NCBI GenBank assembly: GCA_002269645.1
Contig: NIVC01000973.1
Span: 1 to 64,000 of the forward strand
Length of the DNA: 64,000 nt
From: Macrostomum lignano
Taxonomy: Eukaryota
Direction: 5' to 3'
Shown: positions 49,451-62,831 of the stretch, one piece after another
How positions within the stretch are numbered: position 1 is the stretch's first letter
Layout of the letters: each line of letters opens with the position of its first letter
Position numbers and translations under genes: made by a program
The notes under the pieces: generated by a model
Told to the model about the DNA's origin: nothing
The model's database searches: none
Seen by the model: the letters and a program-made list of their open reading frames with translations, nothing else

Positions 49451-50699
49451 CCGAGTTGAAAACGGCAGAATGGAGTCAATAGTAAACAGCAAGCAGGCAA
49501 TTCAAAGACTGGAAAACAGCTGAGACTTTAATTGATTGTTTTCGATTCTGGATTTGACGGAATTCGCACCTGCCGTTCTGTCGCTTCTAATTTTATCTTT
49601 CGCAGGTTGGTGGAGGGCTTCGCGCTATTAAGTTTGAAAACAGGTGGCTGCGACGGGGCAGGGGCAGCCAAGCGAGCCTGCCTCTTTCCTGCTTGACCAG
49701 CTTCTGGCTGAGCTAAAGAATCCTAGAAGCAGAACCTGGAGTGGCCACTCTTCCTTGACCCCTCATTTGCAGACAACTGTAGGCTTTAGACAGCAGTTTT
49801 ACTGGCATGAACAGAAAACTTCTGTGTCTGTTTCTGTGTCATCTTGCTGGTTTGGGGAAGAGTAACCAGGTTCTGGTTCTAGGCCTCCTTGGCTGAGTGC
49901 ACTAGCTATAGTCGGGCTCTACCAGCTGGTGCCTACCAGCCGAATAGCATAAAGTGAATTATGAGCGAGTCTCTCTGCAGTTGATACGGCAAAAAAATTA
50001 TCGAATTGGAAGGGCGCACTCGGTTAGCCAACACTGCAGCCACTGATCCTGGGAAAGCGGCCCTAAGTTACAACTCAGGCACTAATCCGCAGTCCCGCGT
50101 TCTTTATCCCTTCATCACCCACATCATTCGTCTTCTGCACTTCCCCTCGATATAAGGGGACAAATAATTATATCTATAGGGAACTGCACTGGCCACGGGA
50201 GAGAGGGCGTCAGGTTTGGGGATCAGTGTTGATTGAAAATTCTCCCCATAGTTCACTTTTTTTCGATGCCGCAAAACTCTCGGGAAAACAGGGAATAGGC
50301 GGCTAGGTGGCGGATCGGACTCCAGTCCTGTGTTCCGCGCGTTTATTCATGTCCGGATTCTGCGCACACGTCCCTCATGGGCCTCCGCTCGTCTCCGGTA
50401 GACACCGGGGGGGGGGGGAGACTAAGCGCTAAGTCGATAAACTAAAAAACCAGACAGCTCATGCGCGGGCTGTGAAAGATAGCCAAACAGGCAAATATCG
50501 ATCACGGTTTGGGGCTGCCTCTGCTGCTCCAAGCAATTTTATTTCCTAGGTTAACATGAGCCCAGCAAGCTGTGCCGCCTCATGCGTCACTTTTGATGCG
50601 GCGGCCACTGACCGAGGCTGGAGCTCAGGTCCGAAATGTTGGCTTCATCTCAAATTGACTTTCCTGTAGCATTTGTTGGATAACTCACTGGTTTCTCTC

Positions 50700-51215
50700 C
50701 GCCCCAACAGCCTCGACTCTCCACCCCAACAGCCCCGACTCTCCACCCCAACAGCCCCGACTCCCCGCCCCAACAGCCCCGACTCTCCACCCCAACAGCC
50801 CCGACTCTCCACCCCAACAGCCCCGACTCTCCGCCCCAACAGCCCCGACTCTCCGCCCCAACAACCCCGACTCTCTGCCCCAACAGCCCCGACTCTCCGC
50901 CCCAACAGCCCCGACTCTCCGCCCCAACAGCCCCGACTCTCCGCCCCAACAGCCCCGACTCTCCGCCCCAACAGCCCCGACTCTCCGCCCCAACAGCCCC
51001 GACTCTCCACCCCAACAGCCCCGACTCTCCGCCCCAACAGCCCCGACTCTCCGCCCCAACAACCCCGACTCCCCGCCCCAACAGCCCCGACTCTCCGCCC
51101 CGACTCTCCGCCCCAACAGCCCCGACTCTCCGCCCCAACAGCCCCGACTCTCCGACCCAACGGCCCCGACTCTCCGCCCCAACTCTACGCCCCAACAGCC
51201 CCGACTCTCCGCCTT
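50700..51215. repeat. Minisatellite, 22 bp (GPCR intron)
   Basis: ccccaacagccccgactctccg unit. Confidence 0.95.
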
Positions 51216-51242
51216 TCAGCCCCGCCCCGCAGCCTGACTCAC

Positions 51243-51929
51243 CCGGCGCTGCGCCAGAGGCGTGGGCATGGCGGTCACCTGAGAAAACTTGCTCACAGCT
51301 GACGCAGCCGCCCGCCGACGTAGCCGCCGCCGTAGCGCCAGGTAGATGCTGATGTACAGGCCGGCAATTACAGCCGCAGGCAGGTAGAAACTGCCAAGCG
51401 CGCTAAACACGATGTAGCCGCCATCGCCTGGCAGCTGGCAGAGCTGCTTCGTGTTGTTCTTCATCGTCCCGCCGCCAGTCCAGCTGAGCAGCGGGCCGAA
51501 GCTGATGGCTCCGCTCAGGCCGAATGCTGCCCCAATCATCATGAGCACAGTGCCGGTGGTTCTCTTATTAGCATACATAATGGGATACTTGATGGCGCAG
51601 TACCTGTCCACGGCAATGGCAGCGAGGTTGAGTATGCTGGCGGTGCAGAAGAAAATGTCGGACATAGTGAACACGGTGCACACGAATCTCGGCAGCAGCC
51701 AGACGTCATCGGTGAGGAAGGTTTTCACCTGGAGCGGCTGCACCAGCAGACCGACGGCCATGTCGGCGCAGGCCAGGCTCACGATGAGAAAGTTCTGCGC
51801 CTGCCGCAGCGCCCTTGAGGTGAACACGGCCAGGATGACCAGGGTGTTGCCGATCACAGTCAGCAGGATGACGGCCAGCATCAAAGGCACCGCCAAGGCG
51901 CATTCTACTGCGCTGTGGGGCAGGGACAT
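51243..51929 (-). CDS. Biogenic amine GPCR (octopamine/tyramine/dopamine-like), TM1-TM5 exon
   Basis: GNTLVILAV, SLACAD, TM3 DIFFCTASILNLAAIAVDRY (Asp3.32), TM5 FSALGSFYLP. Donor CGG|GTGAGT. Confidence 0.92.
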
Positions 51930-52789
51930 TTCCTAGAAACAATTTGGAGCTGCAGTGGGGGTGCTGGACTCTTCTCGGCTAACTTGAAGCTGCCTTCTTC
52001 CTAAGGGCGAGTAAAGGAATTTTAACTCGCCTCTGGCTTCCGCCCGGACAGGCCAATGGCAGGCCCTGCAGCCAGAGACGGTGGGGCGGACAGGGAACTA
52101 CGCAGAAAATGAGGTTAAAAAAGAGAAAAGCGAGCCCGGGCGAAGGGCAGTGCAGGGGAGCGCAAAGGAAATAAGGAGAATACGAGATTAAGGAATTGGA
52201 GGATGTCGAGTTCAGCAAAGAATTTAACTGTTCTCCCGAGTTTCAAAGACCTATGGATAGGCGACTCAGGGAGCAGCTCGTGGCTTATAAATCCTTCATA
52301 CCCGTAAACTTGTCTGGCCTCAATTGAACAATAGTGCACTCGAGTGCGAACTTATTAATTATAGATTCTATTTTTGTCTTCTCCACTGATGTGTTTCTGT
52401 CCATCGTCAGGCCAACAGGGCATTTCCTACGATTTTACAATATCAGAGATTACTTAAATGCAGCTAGGACGGCGCAAGGGATTCGAGCCCAGGACCTAAC
52501 TCCATGTCCCATGGTTAGAATTGGTCCAACCCAAGCTGATGAATGACACCAGGCCAGCACCGATGCCAAGCATTTCATGCGATCCACTGCGGGCAGCAGG
52601 CGAGCGCCCTTCACGTCTTGCGGCGGTCGAGAAACTGATGGCCACTTCTGTTTCTCTTTGTCAGCCGTTTAATGAATTGTCCGCCTGCCCGGCCTCTCGG
52701 TGGGTCTGGCGATTTGCAGTTTCCCGGCTCCAATCTCTCCCTGACTCAGTTTTAGTCTTCCACAGGCACATCTAATCTCTCAATACCTG

Positions 52790-53590
52790 TCTCTCTATAA
52801 CATCATCTAATCACCCCTATCTCAGATCCAGAGTCTCTCTAAAACACATCTAATCACCCCTATCTCAGATCCAGAGTCTCTCTATAACACATCTAATCAC
52901 CCCTATCTCAGATCCAGAGTCTCTCTAAAACACATCTAATCACCCCTATCTCAGATCCAGAGTCTCTCTGTAACACATCTAATCACCCCTATCTCAGATC
53001 CAGTGTCTCTCTATAACACATCTAATCACCCCTATCTCAGATCTAGGGTCTCTCTATAACACATCTAATCACCCCTATCTCAGATCCAGTGTCTCTCTGT
53101 AACACATCTAATCACCCCTATCTCAGATCCAGTGTCTCTCTAAAACACATCTAATCACCCCTATCTCAGATCCAGAGTCTCTCTAAAACACATCTAATCA
53201 CCCCTATCTCAGATCCAGAGTCTCTCTAAAACACATCTAATCACCCCTATCTCAGATCCAGAGTCTCTCTAAAACACATCTAATCACCCCTATCTCAGAT
53301 CCAGAGTCTCTCTAAAACACATCTAATCACCCCTATCTCAGATCCAGAGTCTCTCTAAAACACATCTAATCACCCCTATCTCAGATCCAGAGTCTCTCTA
53401 AAACACATCTAATCACCCCTATCTCAGATCCAGAGTCTCTCTAAAACACATCTAATCACCCCTATCTCAGATCCAGAGTCTCTCTAAAACACATCTAATC
53501 ACCCCTATCTCAGATCCAGAGTCTCTCTAAAACACATCTAATCACCCCTATCTCAGATCCAGAGTCTCTCTAAAACACATCTAATCTTCT
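52790..53590. repeat. Minisatellite, ~43 bp
   Basis: aacacatctaatcacccctatctcagatccagagtctctcta unit. Confidence 0.95.
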
Positions 53591-54154
53591 TAACTGTATC
53601 TTCAAGGATTTCTAGGCTGTTATTTTCAAACTCATTAATCTTTACCACTACGCCACCAAAACCCCCCAGTGTCCGTAACAGTCTGCAAAGCTTGAAGATC
53701 CAATCATTGATGCATCACCAACAGCCAATAGCCGATCAACAGTGAATTTGTCAGCAAAAGCCGCCTGTTTGAAATCAGCTGACAGCAGTGCAATGCCCCT
53801 TGTCCGTGCGCAACCAGCGGTCAAGCCTGTCAAAGATGTCAATGAAAATAGGCTGGACAATCCCGACTCCGCCATTCTTTTACTAATTTTTACGCAACAC
53901 ACTGGCTACTGATGTACCAGGGTCAAGGATCCTGTCCTAGCAACAGCTTTTCAGGTGGTGATCGAGATCGCTTCGCTCTCCAACGCCCGAGACGCAGATA
54001 TTGACGGACTAGCAATTGACAGGCAGCTGTAACCAGTATATATTCTGGTGGATGCCGTATTGTACACACGATCACACAGGGTGTACAGGGGACCCTGAAT
54101 TTCTAATCTTCAGGCATGTACACTCTCCGTGCCTTGAAGTTTGGCCCTTATAGG

Positions 54155-54580
54155 TAATCTAGCTAACATCACGGATGCAGGAATAGAATTGATTGCTAAT
54201 CTCGCTAACATCACGGATGCAGGAATAGAAAGGATTGCTAATCTAGCCAACATCGCGGATGCAGGAATAGAAAGGATTGCTAATCTAGCCAACATCACGA
54301 ATGCAGGAATAGAAAGGATTGCTAATCTAGCCAACATCACGGATGCAGGAATAGAAAGGATTGCTAATCTAGCCAACATCACGGATGCAGGAATAGAAAG
54401 GATTGCTAATCTAGCCAACATCACGGATGCAGGAATAGAAAGGATTGCTAATCTAGCCAACATCACGGATGCAGGAATAGAAAGGATTGCTAATCTAGCC
54501 AACATCACGGATGCAGGAATAGAAAGGATTGCTAATCTAGCCAACATCACGGATGCAGGAATAGAAAGGACTGCTAATAT
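54155..54580. repeat. Minisatellite, 42 bp
   Basis: gctaatctagccaacatcacggatgcaggaatagaaaggatt unit. Confidence 0.95.
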
Positions 54581-55790
54581 AGTAATACTGCTAATCCAAC
54601 CTGTGATATTAATGCAAGAATGGATCATTCTGCGGTCATTCAGCCGAACTGCCCGGACTTCCAGTTCCTTCAGCGGTGCACTCTTTGAACTTTTGCCACC
54701 GAGGGCTGTCACAGAGAGAAAGAGAAAATGAGCCAATCCGATTTCCGGCCCGGGTCGTAAGAGAACTGGCAAGGCGCGGAGAGAAATTCAAATTACTTCT
54801 CTTAGCTTTGCTCAGCCAAGGATGAGTGAGAGAGCAAGCCCTTGGCCCCGCCTCCTCAGTGTGTGCCGATGCGCACCAAGGAAAGATTATTCCAAATTTC
54901 CATTAGACTTGGAAGCACCCAAGGATTTACCCTGCGAAATTTTGCAGTGTTTGCTGAGCTGAGATTGGCCACTTGGCCTGGTCTGGAGAAATGAATTGTT
55001 TCTTTTAGTTTAGACTGGCTGTGCCAAAACCTCTGCGTGTAGGGGAAACATCAGTTAAGCGTTCAAATACTCGGTAGCTAGCAATTCCTGTCAAGAGTTT
55101 CTTCCACTGTTTTACAATTCTGTACTGCTCTGCAGCCAATCTTTTCCAGGTTTTCTTCGCCCCATCGTATGCAGCAGCCCGAAAAGGACGGACGGGGACC
55201 CCATCAGGTACTCGATCCGAGTCGCCATCATAAACTTGAAATATCGCAAACCCAAGAAATCACAACTCCGAAAACCAAAATAGTGTTGGACGGACATCGC
55301 TAGAACTTTGGGAGTTATGGTATTTCGGGTTTGTGATATTTCGGGTTTATGATGGACGTTGCTAGCAGTTTCTGAGTTATTATATTTCGGGTTTATGATA
55401 TTTCGGGTTTGTGATTTTTTGGGTTTGTGATCCCTTCCCCCTCGATCCTGGTGACGCCGTTAGTGGCGAGAAACTGGTCTCCACGTGGCATGGTCCTGTT
55501 GCTGGAGGTACTGATGCTGAGATCGAATAAAACGAGTTCGGAGTTGGCTGTAGACCGGGGGGCTAAGCCGAGTAGTTCGGGTGCTCTGGGGAAGCGGTCC
55601 AGCTCTTGGGTGCAGCTGAGTGGCGGCACGTCTCCAGCCGCCTTTGAATGGGCGCCTGTGGTCGTTATGAGCGCCGAGCTGCTGTCCGGTCCTGGATGAT
55701 TCGATGTTTCTTGGCGGCTTCGGTTCCGGCCGTGCGCGGCTTGGCTTCGTGGCTGCGGTTTTTTAGGCGCGCGGTTCCGGTGTTGCGTCT

Positions 55791-55793
<3 letters not shown>

Positions 55794-55862
<69 letters not shown>
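55794..55862. repeat. (GT)n microsatellite
   Basis: Seen directly. Confidence 0.95.
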
Positions 55863-55866
<4 letters not shown>

Positions 55867-56693
55867 CACATCCTACTGCTGACTACATCCGTCATTGTCG
55901 GGCCCTCGCCCCAGTCAACTGAGAGACTGAGAGACTGAGAGACTGCTGTTGAGGTCCTGCAGTCTGAGCAGCCCGTACTCCTCGCGCCGCTTCCACTTGG
56001 CAGGACAGTTGCTACTGCTGTTGTTGCCGTTGCTAATGTTGTGAGTTGATTGGAACCGAGAGCACTAAGACTACCAACCTCTCTAGTGCAAGACTACATT
56101 CTCTTTTCGATTGTCAGCATTGTTGGAGTCACCCACTGCACAAGACAGCCGGACACATCAGTATTAATTTGGCTCCTGCACGAACCTTGAGAGAAATTTT
56201 GGAATTCTGGCCTTATTGACAATGCTGTCATAGCGAAACACATGCGCTCGCACTATCATTCTATAAATTCTGTAGATATTCAATTAAAAGAACCAGTCTC
56301 GTGCTACATAAGCTACTACTCTGTCAGTAGATACCGCGGCGTTTTTGAAACATTTTTTATCAATTTCGCTGTGAAATTGGGCTGATTACAGCTGAGCTCA
56401 AATATAGTGCAAAGCTATAGGCGCGCTGTTCGACCTCGAGATGACATGAAACTAATAAAAAACTTTTTTGCACACAGTGCTTTTTATCAGTGAGTCTATT
56501 TTTGCCCGCAAACTTTTACCCAAGGGATTAAAAAAGAGATTTCTTAAATGAAGTCACATTTTTGATAATGACCTTAGTTCGTTTTGCAACTGGTGAACTC
56601 CGTACACTTCATTTAGCTCAGTTGTGCGTGTCTATTGAGAACATTTTCTTCTTTACAAAACAGATGAATTCACATCATGTGTGTGAAGGTCGG

Positions 56694-57124
56694 GTGAGTG
56701 AGTGAGGGTGCAGTTCCGGTGTGAGTGAGTGAGGGTGCAGTTCCGGTGTGAGTGAGTGAGGGTGCAGTTCCGGTGTGAGTGAGTGAGGGTGCAGTTCCGG
56801 TGTGAGTGAGTGAAGGTGCAATTCCGGTGTGAGTGAGTGAGGGTGCAGTTCCGGTGTGAGTGAGTGAGGGTGCAGTTCCGGTGTGAGTGAGTGAGGGTGC
56901 AGTTCCGGTGTGAGTGAGTGAGGGTGCAGTTCCGGTGTGAGTGAGTGAGGGTGCAGTTCCGGTGTGAGTGAGTGAGGGTGCAGTTCCGGTGTGAGTGAGT
57001 GAGGGTGCAGTTCCGGTGTGAGTGAGTGAGGGTGCAGTTCCGGTGTGAGTGAGTGAGGGTGCAGTTCCGGTGTGAGTGAGTGAGGGTGCAGTTCCGGTGT
57101 GAGTGAGTGAGGGTGCAGTTCCGG
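56694..57124. repeat. Minisatellite, 27 bp (inverted partner of 58075-58822)
   Basis: gtgagtgagtgagggtgcagttccggt unit. Confidence 0.95.
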
Positions 57125-57160
57125 AAAAGAATAGCGACTATGAATAGTAAAATATTTTTA

Positions 57161-57516
<356 letters not shown>

Positions 57517-58074
57517 TCACAATTCTCACAAAATTACAGACAATTGCATAAACAATTCGAAATTGCAGAAATATTAAAGCTCGAACACACCTGGACAATC
57601 AGCCCATGATTGCTAAAAATTATTACAACAATTTGGCGTCATCAACAGTTCGAAGAAAACCGAGAATACACTCGCAATTAACCTCCCACTCGGCTTTAAT
57701 TGGCGTGTTGGCGCACCTGCGCCACAAGCTGCTAGTCATTTGATTGTTCAGCACCTCATTCGGAAGAACAATCTGGGTGGTACAGGTGTCTTAGGTCGGC
57801 CTGGATTGCGCTCGCAGTTCTTATCACTAGAAATGGTCTCTGAACAGTGGATGAAGGGCCCCTAGGTGCTAGTCAAGTAGTTTCCTCTGGGGTTCTCCGG
57901 GCCCACAGCTTGCGAAGGATTTTCCGATGCAGAGTCAGTTTTAAAATAGCATGTCTTCAGTGCTTCACTGAGCCGCTCTGAGGTCAGCAGCTGTTTTGTC
58001 TCGCACTGCAATTCGATAGCATTTTTCACGCCGATTTGGACAAGCAAATGAATCCAATGCTTACATTGTTTTTG

Positions 58075-58822
58075 TAAACACCCTCACTCACACCGGAACA
58101 GCACCCTCACTAAGTCACACTGGAACTGCACAATCACTCACTCACACTGGAACTGCACCTTCTCTCTCACTTACACTGGAACTGCAACCTCACTCACTCA
58201 CACCGGAACTATGCCTTCACTCACTCACACCGGAACTACGCCTTCACTCACTCACACCGGAACTGCACCCTCACTCACTTACGCCGGAAATGCACCCTCA
58301 CTCAGTCACACCGGAACTGCACCCTCACTCACTCACACCGGAACTGCAACTTCACTCACTCACTTACACTGGAACTGCAACTTCACTCACTCACTCACAC
58401 CGGAACTGCACCCTCACTCAGTCACACCGGAACTGCACCCTCACTCACTCACACCGGAACTGCACCCTCACTCACTCACACCGGAACTGCACCCTCACTC
58501 ACTCACACCGGAACTGCACCCTCACTCACTCACACCGGAATTGCACCCTCACTCACTCACACCGGAACTGCACCCTCACTCACTCACACCGGAACTGCAC
58601 CCTCACTCACTCACACCGGAATTGCACCCTCACTCACTCACACCGGAACTGCACCCTCACTCACTCACACCGGAACTGCAACTTCACTCACTCACTCACA
58701 CTGGAACTGCAACTTCACTCACTCACTCACACCGGAACTGCACCCTCACTCACTCACACCGGAACTGCACCCTCACTCAGTCACACCGGAACTGCACCCT
58801 CACTCAGTCACACCGGAACTGC
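58075..58822. repeat. Minisatellite, 27 bp (inverted partner of 56694-57124)
   Basis: accggaactgcaccctcactcactcac unit. Confidence 0.95.
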
Positions 58823-59527
58823 CGTTAACCTACCGCTTATAAAAGTTTGGGACACAAAGCAAATTCATTCAGTTGGTCATGCAGCAAGAGGGCTACCCAT
58901 GGCGCAGCCATCCATCAGGCGGTAACACTGATTTTCAAACACAACAGGCCAGAGGCAACAAAAATCCTAAAAGTTGTTTGAAATGACCTTTCAGAGTAGT
59001 AATGACATATTGAGCTGGTACTCGAGATCTGTGGCGAGATCAATAGTTTTGATTGGATGTGCCGGATTCGAGATCAGGATGGGACAAAGAGACTCCTTCC
59101 ACCTGACCAAGGCACTGGAATTAGGTTTTGTCACTCGAACTATTTGCATACTATAATCCTCTTTCGCAGCCAGTAACCTTGATCGGTTTATTGTTGCACA
59201 GAATTCTCAAAGTCCGCTGCAAAATACATTCCTTTGGTTCTCAGTCATTCACCTTGCCTCAGTATCGGTTGAGACGAAAAGTGTTGGCAATCTAACGCAA
59301 AATTAGGCCTAATAAATCAAGATTTTCGGTATTCAAAATGGGATTGAATTTCTGATGCACCCAGTACCTGGTATTCAACACCATTCCAGCTTAGGTGACT
59401 TCCTGCATTGATGTCAACACATTCAGTACTTACATTGAAGGAGAGAGACAGCCTCGAATAGAATGGGGCACGCGTGACGTTTTTTAGGCAATTTTTTGTT
59501 GTTTGAAAAATTTGGGAACTTTTCCTG

Positions 59528-59622
59528 GGCCAATCAGCGATCGAGGAGTTCGCAGCGCCTCCCCTAGCCTGCTCGCCCCCGCGCCGGCGCCATCTATAGT
59601 CACCGGCCAGCGGTACATAAAC
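59528..59622 (+). promoter_or_regulatory. Candidate core promoter of the neuropeptide gene
   Basis: CCAATC near 59530, a GC-rich stretch, and TATA-like CTATATAG / TACATAAA roughly 115-140 nt upstream of the ATG. Confidence 0.3.
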
Positions 59623-59735
59623 CGGAGCCGCAGCGGACCGCTGGGAGGAGGCACGCCAAGGTTGACCAGCGGCTTCTCTGACTGACTCCAAACTCTACAG
59701 CGCCTTTACCTGTTGCATTGACAAGCTGACAAAAT

Positions 59736-60050
59736 ATGCAGTCTCTGCTAGTTGCTATGCTGTTGCTGTGCTCCGCCGCTGCCGCTGCCGCTGCCGCCAT
59801 TGTCGAGTCGACGCCGTCTGGCGATAACGCCGCTGCGGCCATGTGCCTGCCAGTGCAGCCAGGCGGCCGCCGGCCAGCGAGCCCCCGGCTGGCCGCCCTC
59901 TGCTCCCGCCTGATGCGCCAGCGCCGCTTCGAGCGGCCCTACCGCGGCTTCCTGCTGGCCTCGTCGCTGTCCTTCCAGCATCCCGGATACCACAGCCAGG
60001 AGCGGGCCAAGGGCGGCTTCGCCTCGGGCAGCCAGATGCGATACGGATAG
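59736..60050 (+). CDS. Neuropeptide precursor, C-terminal MRY-amide (NKY-like)
   Basis: Signal peptide, Cys pair, RR site, then a 39-aa peptide ending SQMRY followed by Gly and stop. AATAAA near 60231. Confidence 0.7.
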   Translation: MQSLLVAMLLLCSAAAAAAAAIVESTPSGDNAAAAMCLPVQPGGRRPASPRLAALCSRLMRQRRFERPYRGFLLASSLSFQHPGYHSQERAKGGFASGSQMRYG

Positions 60051-60101
60051 GCTGCTTGAGTCCCGGCTCGCGACTGACGGACTTTGCTGACTAACGACCT
60101 G

Positions 60102-60103
<2 letters not shown>

Positions 60104-60175
<72 letters not shown>

Positions 60176-60182
60176 CTCTCTC
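60104..60182. repeat. (CT)n microsatellite in the neuropeptide 3' UTR
   Basis: Seen directly. Confidence 0.95.
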
Positions 60183-60424
60183 GCAGCGGCCGAACCCTTG
60201 ACCAAGCAAATATTCCTGGCAACAAAAACAATAAACCGATGCAAAAAACTGATTAGCATTGAGCGGCACAATCATTCGCAAAAGTGATGCACAGTTGGCT
60301 TTAAAAAATTTTCTACTTTTTTTTCTGCCTTGTGTATTTTTCTTACCATAAACAGCTAAAATCCGTGGGCTCTACACTGACAGGTCGTGAAAATACAGTT
60401 CCGCTACGATTTCGAATTTAAAAT

Positions 60425-60620
60425 TCAGAATTTGTGCTTTCTGAGCGGATTTCTTAGTGGGTTGCTATTTACACAGCGCTGGCTGGGGTTTGGCCATAGA
60501 CAAATCCTTTCGAGAGAAAACACTGCACAGACAGGAGCAGCTGGAATTTCACCGCAACTTTGCTTGCTTGCCGGTCTCCGGCAGCAGTTCATGAAAAAAA
60601 CAGCTTGATAAACTTGTGAC
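60425..60620. repeat. Dispersed repeat; inverted copy at ~37686-37870
   Basis: Reverse-complement match to 37686-37870, seen directly. Confidence 0.8.
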
Positions 60621-61205
60621 TGCATCTCTAACAAAACACCTGCTGGCTGCATTTGCAATTCTGCAATTCCAGAAAAGGAACTATTGGGAATTCAGTGCTA
60701 AAAAACTGAAATGCATTTCGCAGGAAAAATCGAAAGATTCCAGAAAAAATTGCACGAGTTGCGAGTGCAGCGACCTCATTTCGCTGCCATGGCTATTGCT
60801 TGTTTAGTAGTATAAAACAAGCTTGTTTGGAAGAAAAGTCAAGTCCCAGCTACTGTATGTTTGCATTTAATTGGTAGATTTTTGTCTTACATGTATAATT
60901 TTTATAAGGAACTTTTATTCGATACTCTACTAATAGTAGAAATATGTGGAAAATACGCTCGTACATGAACAATAAAAACAATGAAAATGTATTCAGTAAT
61001 GTATACTAGTAACAACAATAGTTTATAGTTTATACGCTCGTAATTAGTCACGAGTCACGACATATCGTTATCTACCAGACTGAAAACAAACGTCATAATA
61101 GTTGTATATGGCCTTCGCCTCTGACAATATTAACTATTTATTAATTAAACGCTAAGAGAAGCACCTGTATTTAATTTAAATCCGATTCTGAAAAAACAAG
61201 CAAAA

Positions 61206-61206
<1 letters not shown>

Positions 61207-61253
<47 letters not shown>

Positions 61254-61454
61254 GCACTGAGGCAGACAGACAGACAGACAGACAGACGCACTGAGGCAGA
61301 CAGACAGACAGACAGACAGACAGACACTAAGGCAGACAGACAGACAGACAGACACTAAGGCAGACAGACAGACAGACAGACACTAAGGCAGACAGACAGA
61401 CAGACAGACACTCACTAAGGCAGACAGACAGACAGACAGACACTAAGACAGACT

Positions 61455-61522
<68 letters not shown>

Positions 61523-61533
61523 CTAAGGCAGGC

Positions 61534-61578
<45 letters not shown>

Positions 61579-61589
61579 CTAAGGCAGGC

Positions 61590-61621
<32 letters not shown>

Positions 61622-61622
61622 T

Positions 61623-61685
<63 letters not shown>

Positions 61686-61858
61686 GCACTGAGGCAGACA
61701 GACAGACAGACAGACAGACGCACTGAGGCAGACAGACAGACAGACAGACAGACAGACACTAAGGCAGACAGACAGACAGACAGACACTAAGGCAGACAGA
61801 CAGACAGACAGACACTCACTAAGGCAGACAGACAGACAGACAGACACTAAGACAGACT

Positions 61859-61922
<64 letters not shown>

Positions 61923-61933
61923 CTAAGGCAGGC

Positions 61934-61978
<45 letters not shown>

Positions 61979-62022
61979 CTAAGGCAGGCAGGCAGACAGA
62001 CAGACAGACAGACAGACAGACT

Positions 62023-62111
<89 letters not shown>

Positions 62112-62133
62112 CCAGACTGACAGACAGACAGAC
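61207..62133. repeat. (GACA)n microsatellite with ctaaggca interruptions
   Basis: Seen directly. Confidence 0.95.
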
Positions 62134-62567
62134 AGTTCATGTCTTTTTCTATGCTAGTCAGCAGTGAATTCAGTAAATAATATCTTCAGGTTTCTACTAT
62201 CGGTAGAGCGTAGGGATTTGTGAAATTAAATTTCTATTTGCGATATTGGCTGACTACCTAATGTTAATGATATGGAATTTGTCAGCAAAATCTGTACGAC
62301 GACGTCTTTGGATGGACTTGCTAATTACTTTGATTGCTTGTAGAGCGCTTGAACATCAGGCAAATGTGTTTTCACTTGCCTACTTGACATAATTAGCAAT
62401 GACTAATTGAGTAGACTTGAGTAGTCCTTGCTAATTAGTCTACGAGCAACGAGTTATTCTCTAAATCTCTAATTATGATATTACCACTGCCAGCTAATTC
62501 CTTCATGTGCATGTAATTTCTTCCAGATTTTCAAAAGGTACGCTTGCCTTGAATCAACTATTTGCAT

Positions 62568-62805
62568 ACACCCAACACCCCTCACACCCAACACCCCTTA
62601 CGCCCAACACCCCTCACACCCAACACCCCTCACGGCCAACACCCCTCACGCCCAACACCCCTCACACCCAACACCCCTCACGGCCAACACCCCTTACGCC
62701 CAACACCCCTCACGCCCAACACCCCTCACGGCCAACACCCCTCACATCCAACACCCCTTACGCCCAACGCCCCTCACGTCCAACACCTCTCACACCCAGC
62801 ACCCA
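62568..62805. repeat. Minisatellite, 16 bp
   Basis: cccaacacccctcaca/g unit. Confidence 0.9.
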
Positions 62806-62831
62806 AAACCCTTCAGGCTCAACCCCAACCG

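Noticed and set aside
52465-52510. B-box/T-arm-like gggctcgaatccc on the minus strand
   Set aside because: No A box or cloverleaf could be built. At most a SINE remnant, not a tRNA.
59736-60050. KGGF similarity to vertebrate QRFP/26RFa
   Set aside because: Only four residues match and the C-terminus differs (MRY versus FRF). NKY is the better fit.
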